Below are positions 1-9,437 of a DNA stretch of 64,000 bases, piece after piece (positions within the stretch are counted from its first letter, which is position 1; every line of letters begins with the position of its first letter). This DNA is from a virus, in the IMG/VR virus record IMGVR_UViG_3300036859_000232, positions 3,408 through 67,407 of that record. One strand, written 5' to 3'. The notes beneath the pieces are model-generated. The model saw only the letters and a program-made list of their open reading frames with translations. It was not told the origin of the DNA and searched no databases. The position numbers and the translations under genes were made by a program.

Positions 1-964
1 ACCGGACGTTGACTGGCGCGCAAAGACCACCGGCTGCGGTGAGGGACATGAGTTCCTTCATGTCCCCTGCTGCGAGGATGGCATCGAGGTTCTTGCGCGA
101 CTCTTCCTGCGCCGACGCGACGAGCTTGGCGATCTTCGCGTCGTTGTTGACCGGATCGCGATCGAGGGAACGATCGTCCGGGAACTTCACGTGCAACGTA
201 GCGACATCGAGCCGTCCGGGCTTGCGGCCCTTCGTGAGCGCCTCAGCCTTGCGGATGTACGGATCGATGATGTCCTCGGGTTGCATCTCGCTACCGGAAT
301 CGACGCCCTTGAGGTCCGCTGCCGCCGTGATGGTGACGAGCGGGCGCTTGGGCTTGATCGAGGTCTTGGCTGAGGACGGCTTAGGGACGGCACGTGTGAT
401 CTTCGGCGTCACCGGAGTCGCGGCCGTTACTGTGCCGGTCTCGCTGTTGGCCGCATTCGTGGTGGACGCCGCGACATTCACCGGCTCGGGCGTGGTCGTG
501 GCGACCTCTTCCGTCTCCGTCTCCGCGACGACAGCGACGTTGACACCCTCGCCATCACCCTCGGATCCGTCGCCGGAACCGGTGCCATCGCCCTCACCTT
601 CGTCCTTGTTCTCGCCCTCGCCATCACCGCTCCCGTCGCCCTCGCCGTCATCCCCGTCACCATCGGTCGAGTCTGTGACGGCAATCTCCGACTCCAGGGA
701 CGCGAACTTCTCGTCGAGGTCGGCTTCAGCTTTGGCGCGCGCAGCCTGTTCGGTCGCGATCGCCGTGACCGTATTGGCATACGCCTCTCCGGCCACGATG
801 TCGCGATCGTTGCGAGCCGCGGTGAAGTTCTCACGCGCGAGCTTGGCCGCTTCGGTGAGCTGCTCGACAGTGAATCCTTCGAGCGGTGCATCCTTCACAG
901 CCTTGGGCATCTCCTCGTCGGAGAGTCCCAAGAGCTGCTGGATCATCTTGCGGATCGGGTCCAT
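1..964 (-). CDS. Major capsid protein, 5' part (scaffold-like N-terminal region; continues beyond window start)
   Basis: ATG at 964 after AGGAGG. Translates MDPIRKMIQQLL..., a Gly/Asp-rich linker, then ...LTAAGGLCAPVNV, a motif typical of a family of actinophage capsid proteins. Lies directly downstream of the portal and protease genes. Missing from the ORF track because it has no stop in the window. Confidence 0.8.
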   Translation of the reverse strand, partial: MDPIRKMIQQLLGLSDEEMPKAVKDAPLEGFTVEQLTEAAKLARENFTAARNDRDIVAGEAYANTVTAIATEQAARAKAEADLDEKFASLESEIAVTDSTDGDGDDGEGDGSGDGEGENKDEGEGDGTGSGDGSEGDGEGVNVAVVAETETEEVATTTPEPVNVAASTTNAANSETGTVTAATPVTPKITRAVPKPSSAKTSIKPKRPLVTITAAADLKGVDSGSEMQPEDIIDPYIRKAEALTKGRKPGRLDVATLHVKFPDDRSLDRDPVNNDAKIAKLVASAQEESRKNLDAILAAGDMKELMSLTAAGGLCAPVNVR

Positions 965-1085
965 TTGATTGCCTCCTGGTCGCAAAACGAGTTGCTGGCT
1001 TTGCGAGGAGACCGATGGACTTCGTCCGTTGGTCTGTACGGGCTGCGCCCGGTACCTCTTGGGCAGGACCGTACACGAGATTCGG
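965..1085 (-). promoter_or_regulatory. Structured 5' leader of capsid gene with RBS-sequestering hairpin
   Basis: Stems TGTACGG/CCGTACA, GACC..GGAC-GAA-GTCC..GGTC, and CTCCT-CGCAAA/TTTGCG-ACC-AGGAG, the last covering the SD. Confidence 0.45.
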
Positions 1086-1100
1086 GGATCGCGCGAGGAA

Positions 1101-2771
1101 CTACGTCAAGGAACTTGGCGCAATAGATGCTTCTAGCGTGTCAAACATCTGGTCGACGAGGTTGTCGAACGCATCGGATTCCAGACCAGAAATGGCGATG
1201 ATGGTGGTGAGTTTCGCGACCTTCTCGTGGAGGATACGGTCGGATTCTTCGCGGTGTCCAGCGGTGAAAGCGAAGGTCTGCGTGCAGCACGGACAGTCGT
1301 CGGAGACCACTTCGACAGGTGCGCCAAGGGATCCAATGAGTGCAAGGATCTCGGTCTTGTCGCCTTCCGCCGATGCGGCCAAGCGCATCTTGACCTTCGG
1401 GAAACCGGGAGTATTGACGGCACAGGTCGCAAGATAGCGGAGGCGACCATCGATCCCACGGGCATCGAGAGAAACTCCGCGAGCACGAGCGATGCGGAGC
1501 TGGTCATCGGTGGCATTAGGGCTAACAGCTCCCGAGAATGCGATGCCGACGCCAGGGAGCTTGAAGTAAGCGACGTCAGCAAATCCCGTGTCCGGATCGT
1601 CGTAGTGTGCGAGGGCTTCCTTCCACGAGGCGGTATTCGGAGCGTGTCCACCCTTGATGGCGAGAGGACCGGTTGGAACACGGGTGCCCTCGGCGGTGAC
1701 CGTGTACCCCGGCATGGCGTACTCAAAGTTGCAGTCGTCGTCGGTGTAGTCGGCGATCTCGTCGATGGTGATGCAGCGTCCGTCATATCCAATGTGACAC
1801 TCACCCTCGGCAGCAGCGAGTCCGAAGATGCGGCCACTCGGCTCGATCTCAACCCAGCGTCCAAGACGCTCCAACGGCGGGAGCGTGAAGAACTCCGCGG
1901 GCGGATCACCCTTGCGCGCACAGGCCGAGATGGATGTGACGGTTGCAATGGTCGTGGGGGAACCGACAGGTGTGTGGATAGTGGCGTCATCGGGTGCGTA
2001 ATCACGACCCTGACGTGTGGGGGCGGGAGAGATGACGTTCCCGGCGTCGTCGTACATCTCGAAGACGGCAGACGACATGGCGGGCAGGGCAACGATCGTG
2101 AATCCGATGAGTGTTCCTTCGACGACGTGGACGACGATATCGCGCGGGGATGTATCGTCCTCGTCGATGGCGTTGGTCTCTTCGTCCATAAGGGTCGAGC
2201 CAAGATCCGGCGACCAGGTCTGAAGGATGGGAGGTTCACCAGCCGGACCGGGAAGTGCCATCTGAACGCAATTGGCTCCGGCCGGGATACGCGTGTCGAT
2301 GACGCCGTCTGCGACGATAACGGTTCCATCACGAGCGACCTTAGTGACGACGCCGCAGACCTCTGAGAGTGCGTGTCCTCCACTCTCGGGCTGAATGGTC
2401 TGGATACGAATGGGAAGTGGGGGTTGACGGTTGAAGTTGATCGCGTGCGGATCGATGACGCGGGTGTAACCGTTGTCTTCGGTGAGTTCGCCCTCGCGGA
2501 AGTACAGACGGACGGGAACGGCGTAGGAGGACGGAGTGGAGGGCGTGTCGGTAGCGGCATGTGCGGCCATAGCCTCGATGATGCGACGGGCGGTGTCTTC
2601 GGGATCAGGGAGTGGATCGTTGATGGTGATGACCGATGCGTCCTTGACGTTCTTGTACAACGCCCGTAGATGGGCTTTCGCGTCATCAGCGGAATCGTGA
2701 CACTTCACGACTGTCCCGTCATCCTTCAACACGCACGTCTTGCCGTCTCTTTTACCGATCTTGTACGGCAT
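1101..2771 (-). CDS. Capsid maturation protease/scaffold-type head protein
   Basis: 556 aa between portal and capsid. GGH, TIVALPAM and AVNTPGFP motifs resemble actinophage prohead protease proteins. GGAGG RBS. Confidence 0.7.
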   Translation of the reverse strand: MPYKIGKRDGKTCVLKDDGTVVKCHDSADDAKAHLRALYKNVKDASVITINDPLPDPEDTARRIIEAMAAHAATDTPSTPSSYAVPVRLYFREGELTEDNGYTRVIDPHAINFNRQPPLPIRIQTIQPESGGHALSEVCGVVTKVARDGTVIVADGVIDTRIPAGANCVQMALPGPAGEPPILQTWSPDLGSTLMDEETNAIDEDDTSPRDIVVHVVEGTLIGFTIVALPAMSSAVFEMYDDAGNVISPAPTRQGRDYAPDDATIHTPVGSPTTIATVTSISACARKGDPPAEFFTLPPLERLGRWVEIEPSGRIFGLAAAEGECHIGYDGRCITIDEIADYTDDDCNFEYAMPGYTVTAEGTRVPTGPLAIKGGHAPNTASWKEALAHYDDPDTGFADVAYFKLPGVGIAFSGAVSPNATDDQLRIARARGVSLDARGIDGRLRYLATCAVNTPGFPKVKMRLAASAEGDKTEILALIGSLGAPVEVVSDDCPCCTQTFAFTAGHREESDRILHEKVAKLTTIIAISGLESDAFDNLVDQMFDTLEASIAPSSLT

Positions 2772-2779
2772 AAGACCTC

Positions 2780-5050
2780 CTACGCGAACTCAGGGACAAC
2801 GAGGCACTTGCAGTCACGAGTATCACCCGGCGATGCGGTGAGTGGTTTCGTCAGGTCAATGATCGTACCGTCGAGTCGTTGGTGAGCTTGGTGCGGGGCT
2901 CGCGGTGCAGGGCCTTTCCACCATGTCCAACCCGAGGCATATAGACCGACCTCGTTGAGTGAACGCAGGACAGCGGGACCCGTTGCGAGGAGGGTGATAC
3001 CGGCTTCTTTCTTCGGTGAACCACCAGCAATGGACAACGCACGCCGCACGATCGAAGCAGGAACGATGAGATCATCAGCTTCAGGCTGGGGGATGTCGGA
3101 TGACGCGCAATCGAACAGAAGGGTCGCAGCGTGTTCGCGGAGTTCGCGGATAAGGGACTGTGCGGCTTCATCGGTTCCACACGCGAGTTGGAACGCTGCA
3201 TCCTTCCTCTTATCACCTTCGAGGCCAGACACGACAAACGCGGCCTCAACGGCGCGGTCGCACCAACTCGCGAACAAGAACGGAACGGTCTCGAAGGAAT
3301 CATCGAAGAGATCATTCATCCCGAGTTGAACGACAGCTTCGCGACCAAGGGTTGATGCAACTTCTTCGGCGGCAACACCACGGAGCGATTGCTTGAGTCG
3401 TTGGTTACGTCCAGCACGGTTTTTGAGTTTGTTACCAGCCTTTTCGAGTGCGCGGCGCATGGAAGAGTCAGCCATGACGTGTACGCGCGCAAAGAGGTCG
3501 GCATCGATCTCAGCCAATCGTCGACCAAGGTCAGGGGAAGGGGGGTGACCATTGGCCGACGACAAGACTGGCTGACCCTTGCCCCGAACGGTTGCTGCGG
3601 GCTGTTCCTTCGGAGCGTTGCCTTGATGGGAAACCTGTTTGGTTGGTTCGTCGGGTGAGCCTTCGTTCTCTTGGCCGGGAAGCGAGAGGTCACGACCCTT
3701 GAGATTACGAAGCCATGCGAGCTGTTCGGCACGTTCCTTCTCGTCGGGAGCATCGGACTCGCGGATCCCGCGGATGCGACGCCATCCCTTACCGCTGACG
3801 AATCCGTATTCGACGCCCTTATCTGCGGCTTGGGTGATGTCGGGGTGAACGATGACGCCTGATGCATCGAACCACAGAACTCGGTCGTACCAGTCGTCCA
3901 CGCCTTCGGCACGGAGGATGGGCTGATACCAGTGAGTCGTGAGTGCGGCGAAGACGAATCGTGCGAAGGGCTCGACGTTCTCGCGGAACTTGGTCTCGGA
4001 GATTTCGCGCGAGCCCCACTGCGATGCTGACCCGATCCCGAAGAACGATTCGACGGGGAGCGGGAAGCCTTGCGCGATGCGGCGGAGTGAACGTTCGGTG
4101 CGTTTTTCCAGAAGTTCGTCAGCCGGACGCTCGAAGGTGATGGCCTCGACGCCCGACTTGCCCTTGTCGTTCCACGGATAGGTGAAGATGATCGGGATCG
4201 CCGCTGACGCAGCACTCGGATTCTGGAGCGTCTTGATGGCGATGTTCTTCATGCGGCGAGCGAATCGAGTCGAGTCCTTGGAGCGCGGGTCCTCTCCGGC
4301 TTCGGCAGGGAGTTCGATGTTCGATGGGAGGCCAACGAGTCCGGCCGTGGCAAGGCGGGCCTTGGCGACGGCTGCTGCCGCCCAGTCCCACCACAGGAGT
4401 TCGTCGGTGACGCCGATGAGTGAACGGACGTGCGAGTTGGCCTTGGACTTGAGGATGGGGTGTGGACGCCAGATACGGATCCACGTGTCGCCCTTTGACG
4501 GGTCGAGGACGAGTGCCTGACCCTCGAAGAAGTCCGGGATGGCGACAGAGTCGATGACCTCTTCGTTGCCGTCCTCGTCGGTCTTGCGAACAGAGGCTTT
4601 CTCCAGTTCGAGATGTGAGTAGGCCATCCAGGTCTCGCGGTAGATGCCCATCTCGGGGCGAGCCTGAACGCCGAGAAGTTGGGTTTCACCGACGAGGAGG
4701 ATCTGCATCGACATGTCGTAGAGGAGTTGTTGGACCTCGACGATCGAACCGAGCCGGTCGGCGGTTTCCTTCGCGACAGAATCGGTGTCGCGTTCGGGTT
4801 GCGCGTCGGTGTTCGAGGGTTTCTTGGCAGCAAAGGCGAGTAGGCCGGACATGAGGTCAGCAACCTGCGTGCAGCCGTTCTGGATCTCCCCGACCATGTC
4901 GAACTGTTTGACCGCGGTCTCCTGCCAGTCCTCACGGCGCTTGAGGGCGGCGTTGATGGCCTTCTCGTCGGAAAGATCGACTTCCTCGGCAGACGCGGTG
5001 AGGGAGACTTCGCGACGGCGGAATGGATTCAGGACTGCAAGTATCGCCAT
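2780..5050 (-). CDS. Portal protein (with C-terminal extension)
   Basis: 756 aa downstream of the terminase. RIWRPHP, SAAIPI and W..SE..F motifs typical of actinophage portals. Confidence 0.8.
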   Translation of the reverse strand: MAILAVLNPFRRREVSLTASAEEVDLSDEKAINAALKRREDWQETAVKQFDMVGEIQNGCTQVADLMSGLLAFAAKKPSNTDAQPERDTDSVAKETADRLGSIVEVQQLLYDMSMQILLVGETQLLGVQARPEMGIYRETWMAYSHLELEKASVRKTDEDGNEEVIDSVAIPDFFEGQALVLDPSKGDTWIRIWRPHPILKSKANSHVRSLIGVTDELLWWDWAAAAVAKARLATAGLVGLPSNIELPAEAGEDPRSKDSTRFARRMKNIAIKTLQNPSAASAAIPIIFTYPWNDKGKSGVEAITFERPADELLEKRTERSLRRIAQGFPLPVESFFGIGSASQWGSREISETKFRENVEPFARFVFAALTTHWYQPILRAEGVDDWYDRVLWFDASGVIVHPDITQAADKGVEYGFVSGKGWRRIRGIRESDAPDEKERAEQLAWLRNLKGRDLSLPGQENEGSPDEPTKQVSHQGNAPKEQPAATVRGKGQPVLSSANGHPPSPDLGRRLAEIDADLFARVHVMADSSMRRALEKAGNKLKNRAGRNQRLKQSLRGVAAEEVASTLGREAVVQLGMNDLFDDSFETVPFLFASWCDRAVEAAFVVSGLEGDKRKDAAFQLACGTDEAAQSLIRELREHAATLLFDCASSDIPQPEADDLIVPASIVRRALSIAGGSPKKEAGITLLATGPAVLRSLNEVGLYASGWTWWKGPAPRAPHQAHQRLDGTIIDLTKPLTASPGDTRDCKCLVVPEFA

Positions 5051-5055
5051 CTAAG

Positions 5056-5373
5056 TCAGTCTCCGGAATAAGTGATAAGGAACGCGGCCGCAAACATTGT
5101 CGCTCCAGCCTGGAGCACGGGAAGGGGGATGTCGACCATCCTGCCGGTGAGCCAGTAACCGAGCCCGATAATGTAGAAGCCGACGCACCACGGACAGATG
5201 AACAGAACTTCCCATCCATTGTCGGCGTGGCGGTCATACCAGTTACGGAACTTGATGATAGGCGGGAAATCGTCCTTGGTGATGAAGCGTACGACTCGTG
5301 CGAAGAAAAATGTCAACAGGATCCAGGTGAACTCGGGTGAGAGAGGGTTATGGAACTCAGGCAACGAAATCAT
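5056..5373 (-). CDS. DUF1360-like small membrane protein
   Basis: RVVRFITKD...CPWC motif with hydrophobic segments. ATG at 5373. Confidence 0.65.
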   Translation of the reverse strand: MISLPEFHNPLSPEFTWILLTFFFARVVRFITKDDFPPIIKFRNWYDRHADNGWEVLFICPWCVGFYIIGLGYWLTGRMVDIPLPVLQAGATMFAAAFLITYSGD

Positions 5374-5665
5374 CCGCGAGAAGATCGCGATAGGACTTGC
5401 CGGTGAGTGGATCAGAGCTACACCCACATCCTCCCTGCTGTATCGGCCAAAGTTCCCATTGTTCACCGGTTGAGAGGGTGACGCGATGAGGATTACGAGC
5501 CAGATGGCGCTTCTGGAACTGTGAATCAATTTCCAGGAGAAGACGTTCTGCGGAATGCTCGTCTACTCGGAATAAGGCAAGTCGGCCTTGACGCCAAACG
5601 AATCGGACAGGCTCGAAGGTCTGGTACGGGGTCACCACTCTCGCGCGCCGGAAGTCCACTATCAC
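5357..5665 (-). CDS. Hypothetical protein (GCGC motif)
   Basis: GTGA coupling with the upstream mini-ORF. QGGCGC near the C-terminus. Confidence 0.6.
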   Translation of the reverse strand: MIVDFRRARVVTPYQTFEPVRFVWRQGRLALFRVDEHSAERLLLEIDSQFQKRHLARNPHRVTLSTGEQWELWPIQQGGCGCSSDPLTGKSYRDLLADDFVA

Positions 5666-5805
5666 GAGTAGCACTTTCCTTTCTCGTGAACGTGCTCGAC
5701 GTATGCTTTCTCACACACCTTGATGTGAGCGAGCAAATCGCCTAACGGATCGGAGTTCGGGTCACTCCAGTCCGATGCTGGAGAGAGGTCGATGTCCTCG
5801 TACAC
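5662..5805 (-). CDS. 47-aa leaderless microprotein
   Basis: TACCCT -10 box, 6 nt, then GTG. MYEDIDLSPASDWSDPNSDPLGDLL... The stop overlaps the next start. Confidence 0.5.
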   Translation of the reverse strand: MYEDIDLSPASDWSDPNSDPLGDLLAHIKVCEKAYVEHVHEKGKCYS

Positions 5806-5844
5806 GACATGAGGGTAACGGATGACGGCAAGGGGTCAGCCAAT

Positions 5845-5935
5845 CTTCGGACAGGCAGAAGCCGCGGGGGTGACGCGGCTCCCACCTACATCCAGCCGAC
5901 GAGCTGGAAGTACGGGCGGAACAGGGAATGGTGCG
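5845..5935 (-). ncRNA. Candidate small structured RNA
   Basis: Extended -10 (TGGTACTCT) right after the TerL stop. Hairpins TCCAGC/GCTGGA and AGGTGGGAGCCGCG/CGCGGCTTCTGCCT. No convincing ORF. Confidence 0.35.
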
Positions 5936-5951
5936 TTAGGAGAGTACCACG

Positions 5952-7490
5952 TCAGCGGCCAGTGGCATGGAGATTCGAGAGATCGATGTCCGAACAGTCC
6001 TCCATGACCGATTCCTCGAAGGTGTACTTCGTCATGTGGAGGATGGCTTGAGTGGTCATGTCGACTTGATCGTCGGTCTCGTTGGCGGTACCGCGGAAGT
6101 CGGCGAGTTCCTTACGGTAACGCGGCACCCACAGACGCTCAGACTCAGACGGGATGTAGATGTTGCCGCCGATCTGGTACGGCTGGACGGCGTGGGCGCG
6201 CGAGAGTTTCGAGCCGTACTCACCGGGGTCGAACTCCATGAGACCTCCGACACGTGAGCGGAGTTGGTCGATGACGGCGGTCCCGTTGGCCTTGTCCTCG
6301 ACAAGGATGCCGGTGGCCTTAGGATAGCGACCGCGCGCAATCGTGACGAAGGTCTTGAGTTCGATGCAGGTGTTTGTGAACGAGAACTTCCCGCGGAGAA
6401 GATCGATAAGGAAGAAGTCCATGTCGATGCGACCCCATAGTCCCATGACAACCCAGTCAGAGGATTTCAGGTCTTTGAACGCACAGTCGAGCGACGTGAG
6501 CATCTGGTCGAAGTTGCGCGGAAGCGGCATGTCGGAATCGCCGCCCCAATACCTCCACTTCGACTCAGCGAAGATGCAACCTTCGGCTTCTCGCGGATCT
6601 TGGTTCCAGAGGCAGTTCCAACTATAGGTCGAGACGGTTCGCTCGATCTGTTCGGCCTCGGCGTATGCGTCCTTGAGTGTGAAGTCGGCTTGCGGGCGGA
6701 GAAGTGGTTCACCGGGCGAGCGACCAAGCGGATCCGGGATGGGGTTGTCGTCATCATCACGGATCTCTTGTGCGACGTAGGGGATGCGGATGAACTTCCA
6801 GTCGGCAGGATCACCCTCGTAGTCGTCGGATTCGAGACGACCGATGAAATCTTCCGGATGCCAGCGCACCATCGTGACGACAACGACGGTCCACGGCTGG
6901 AGACGACCGTAGATGACGGATGTCCAGTTGTTCCAAATAGCGTTCTGGTGGGTGGGGGACATGGCCTGATCGAAGTTTTTGGTCGGGTCATCAATGCCGA
7001 GAAACGAGAGTGGACGGCCTTGGACGGAGCCCGCCATACCGACTGCATAGACACCGCCGCCTTGTCCGCTCTCGCCAGGTTCGGTCTGCCAATAGGTCTT
7101 GGAGCGGGAGTCTTTGCGTAGACGCGTGAACCACTTGGATTGGTCGGCAGCGATAGTGCGACGGACCTTGTCGGAGAAGTCCATTGCGAGCCCGTCTTCA
7201 TACGACATGATGCCGACGAGCCCACCGGGAACGATGCCGAGGGCATGGAGTTCGAGCCACCAGAGCGGTGTGCCGATGGAGGTTACGAAGGACTTGCCGA
7301 ACTGTTGCGGGATGGAGATAGCTATCCATCGGGGTCCGTCACCGTTGACAGCATCAACGATCGCGTCGGAGATGATCTTCTGGTGAGCACGAGGCCGGAA
7401 GTTGGGAGTGATACGCGTACAAGTCGCGAGTGGAGATGAGAGGTAAACGACGTCTTCGGATTCGAGGAGGATGTCTGTGTCGAGAGGCAC
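5952..7490 (-). CDS. terL: Terminase large subunit
   Basis: Walker A PQQFGKS, Walker B LGIDDP, TMVRWH coupling motif, RNase H-like nuclease residues (SLD, EDKANG, DDQVD). Leaderless TAATAT-6nt-GTG. Confidence 0.93.
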   Translation of the reverse strand: MPLDTDILLESEDVVYLSSPLATCTRITPNFRPRAHQKIISDAIVDAVNGDGPRWIAISIPQQFGKSFVTSIGTPLWWLELHALGIVPGGLVGIMSYEDGLAMDFSDKVRRTIAADQSKWFTRLRKDSRSKTYWQTEPGESGQGGGVYAVGMAGSVQGRPLSFLGIDDPTKNFDQAMSPTHQNAIWNNWTSVIYGRLQPWTVVVVTMVRWHPEDFIGRLESDDYEGDPADWKFIRIPYVAQEIRDDDDNPIPDPLGRSPGEPLLRPQADFTLKDAYAEAEQIERTVSTYSWNCLWNQDPREAEGCIFAESKWRYWGGDSDMPLPRNFDQMLTSLDCAFKDLKSSDWVVMGLWGRIDMDFFLIDLLRGKFSFTNTCIELKTFVTIARGRYPKATGILVEDKANGTAVIDQLRSRVGGLMEFDPGEYGSKLSRAHAVQPYQIGGNIYIPSESERLWVPRYRKELADFRGTANETDDQVDMTTQAILHMTKYTFEESVMEDCSDIDLSNLHATGR

Positions 7491-7543
7491 AGATGGATAT
7501 TACTCGGGTGGTTTAGTAAGAAGCGTGATGATCTCCGAAGTCG

Positions 7544-7756
7544 TTACTGCTCATGGCAACCGTGATAACACCAATCATCGGCACGTTCCGTCTTCTTCGG
7601 ATCGTCGGTCATCTGCTCGTTGCGGAAGTGTCCGCATGGTAGGCGAACGTAACGCAGACCATCGGGAGTCTGGAAGTAGGCTCCGATCTCGATGGTCGAC
7701 CAATCCGCGAGGTTGAAAACAACGGGTGGAGAGTGAAGTTGCGTTTTCTTCGTCAT
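7544..7756 (-). CDS. Hypothetical protein
   Basis: ATGA-coupled small ORF with Cys/His residues. Confidence 0.55.
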   Translation of the reverse strand: MTKKTQLHSPPVVFNLADWSTIEIGAYFQTPDGLRYVRLPCGHFRNEQMTDDPKKTERADDWCYHGCHEQ

Positions 7757-8055
7757 TCGGGAGTTGATCCCTGCTCCACTGCCGGAACTTCGATTCCAGC
7801 CTGCATCATCCAGCGTCGGACCTCGTCGGGCTTCATCTGTAGCGCCAACTCGAACCCGAGGAGCAGCCGTGCGAACTTCTGCTTGAGCGCGAAGACATAG
7901 AACTCGTCGCGCTTCTCGTCGGGCAGCTCGATGTTGAGCCGGTACTGGTGGATCTCGTCATAGTCGCGCTCGATGACCGCATCGGGGAACCCCTCTCGGA
8001 CCAGCGCCTCGTACGTGTCGGGCTCGTCCTCGGCGTACAGCAGGTCGATGAACAT
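7753..8055 (-). CDS. Hypothetical cassette gene
   Basis: TGATG coupled. Ends AVEQGSTPE (junction motif). Confidence 0.7.
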   Translation of the reverse strand: MFIDLLYAEDEPDTYEALVREGFPDAVIERDYDEIHQYRLNIELPDEKRDEFYVFALKQKFARLLLGFELALQMKPDEVRRWMMQAGIEVPAVEQGSTPE

Positions 8056-8267
8056 CAATCGCTCCTGTCCGTTGGTCCTTGGTGAACGGACGCTTCGTGG
8101 AGCCGCAGGTGCATCTCGATGCAGGCCCGCTTGTCGTTGATGTGAGGCAGGTCCGGGATCGCAACACCGTGAACTTCATGCAGGTGTCCTCGCGTGCCGG
8201 TGGTGAACGCCGTCACGACCAGGTGGAAGGCGTGAGGCCGTCGCATGTCCTCTCTCGTCAGGCTCAT
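8055..8267 (-). CDS. Hypothetical cassette gene
   Basis: GAGGAGG RBS. Ends SVHQGPTDRSD (junction motif). Confidence 0.65.
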   Translation of the reverse strand: MSLTREDMRRPHAFHLVVTAFTTGTRGHLHEVHGVAIPDLPHINDKRACIEMHLRLHEASVHQGPTDRSD

Positions 8268-8578
8268 CAGCCCTCCTCGCTCGCGGAGGAATGCTGAACT
8301 GACGCCCTCATCGTGGCACCGTAGCTGAGTGTCCAGCGCTCTACGGCCCGCTCAGCGACAAGCAAAGGTTCCATCACGAACGCGTCCGATTGCGTTGGGC
8401 GCGCATCGCAGTCGCAGTCGGCGTCATCCGAACACATCGACGCGCAGCCGAGATCGTGCCAGAGCGTCTTACGAAGCGTCCTGGTGAGATCGGCGACGAT
8501 AGCTCGCGCTTCGTCCCGCTCATTCCGATAGACCTCCACTAACGTCTCCGCCGCTTGGAGGTCGAGTGGTTTGCTCAT
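8267..8578 (-). CDS. Hypothetical cassette gene (H-C-C-C-C cluster)
   Basis: ATG 8578, ATGA coupled. Ends SVQHSSASEEG. Confidence 0.65.
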   Translation of the reverse strand: MSKPLDLQAAETLVEVYRNERDEARAIVADLTRTLRKTLWHDLGCASMCSDDADCDCDARPTQSDAFVMEPLLVAERAVERWTLSYGATMRASVQHSSASEEG

Positions 8579-8841
8579 GACTCGCTGTCCTGACGGGATG
8601 AATGATGAACTGCCGTCGTTGGTCGGTCGTAGCCGACTCGCATCAGCCAGTCCATCGTGTAGCCGTACGACTTGCTCGCCCACTCACGCTCTTGGCGTGC
8701 TTCACGCCGGAGATCGCGACGAGGACGAGACAGGAGCCGGTGTGTTTTCGCTTCAGCGTCCAACGCGTCCGCACGGCGGTGACGGTACTTGAACCGCTCA
8801 CCAGCCGCGTGCTCGTGAGCCTCCCACTCGTCCCTCGTCAT
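8575..8841 (-). CDS. Hypothetical cassette gene
   Basis: ATGA coupled. Ends AVHHSSRQDSES. Confidence 0.6.
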   Translation of the reverse strand: MTRDEWEAHEHAAGERFKYRHRRADALDAEAKTHRLLSRPRRDLRREARQEREWASKSYGYTMDWLMRVGYDRPTTAVHHSSRQDSES

Positions 8842-9437
8842 GCATCCCCCTCGCTGGCTCCTGAACGGTGAGCGGGTGACGGTTGGTCAGTCCGCTTGAT
8901 GCCGAAGTCCTTCGCCTTGATCTTCACCATGCGCCCGTCGTCGTGCCACCAGACGATTCCCTCGATGTTGTGGGTGGCGAGGTAGTCGCGGATCGCATCG
9001 AACGTCCTGAATGGCATGACCAGTTTCACGTCTCCGTGAGGACGCAGGACGTGGCCGTAGCAGCCCTCAGGGTTCCCCTGCACCTTCGGGCCAATGAGTT
9101 CATAGGTGCCGTCTACTAACGACTGGCGACATGCGTCATACGCCTCGCGGTGGTACTGATGCTCAGGGCCGTCACCGACCGGAACCCAGCCCTGTTGCTT
9201 GCCCGTGTTCTCATCCACGTCGTTCGCCGGGACGAAGTCGGTAGGTGGCGTCTTGCCCTTCTTAACCTCGTACCGGGCGAACATTTTGCCGTCCTCGATG
9301 AGAACGCAGGTGCCGTCCCACTTCTGCGTAGGCACACCTTCACCAGCCAGAACCCATTCCGCGCCTGGAACGACCTCGTCACGAACGAGATGGTCCCCGT
9401 CGTAGTTGCGTTGGTAGAGGCTGATGATCTTCTTCAC
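8838..9437 (-). CDS. RNA ligase-like nucleotidyltransferase (DUF5565-like)
   Basis: KWDGT (motif I KxDG), YELIGPKVQGNP, EGIVW and MVKIK motifs. GTG start coupled to the upstream stop. Confidence 0.75.
   Translation of the reverse strand: MKKIISLYQRNYDGDHLVRDEVVPGAEWVLAGEGVPTQKWDGTCVLIEDGKMFARYEVKKGKTPPTDFVPANDVDENTGKQQGWVPVGDGPEHQYHREAYDACRQSLVDGTYELIGPKVQGNPEGCYGHVLRPHGDVKLVMPFRTFDAIRDYLATHNIEGIVWWHDDGRMVKIKAKDFGIKRTDQPSPAHRSGASEGDA

Noticed and set aside
9-968. 319-aa plus-strand ORF with a PSPS tract
   Set aside because: Antisense shadow of the capsid gene's Gly/Asp linker. The minus frame has the RBS and capsid motif.
1133-4935. Long alternative-frame ORFs overlapping the protease and portal genes
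   Set aside because: Ser/Arg/Pro-rich frames expected in high-GC coding DNA, with no RBS or motifs.
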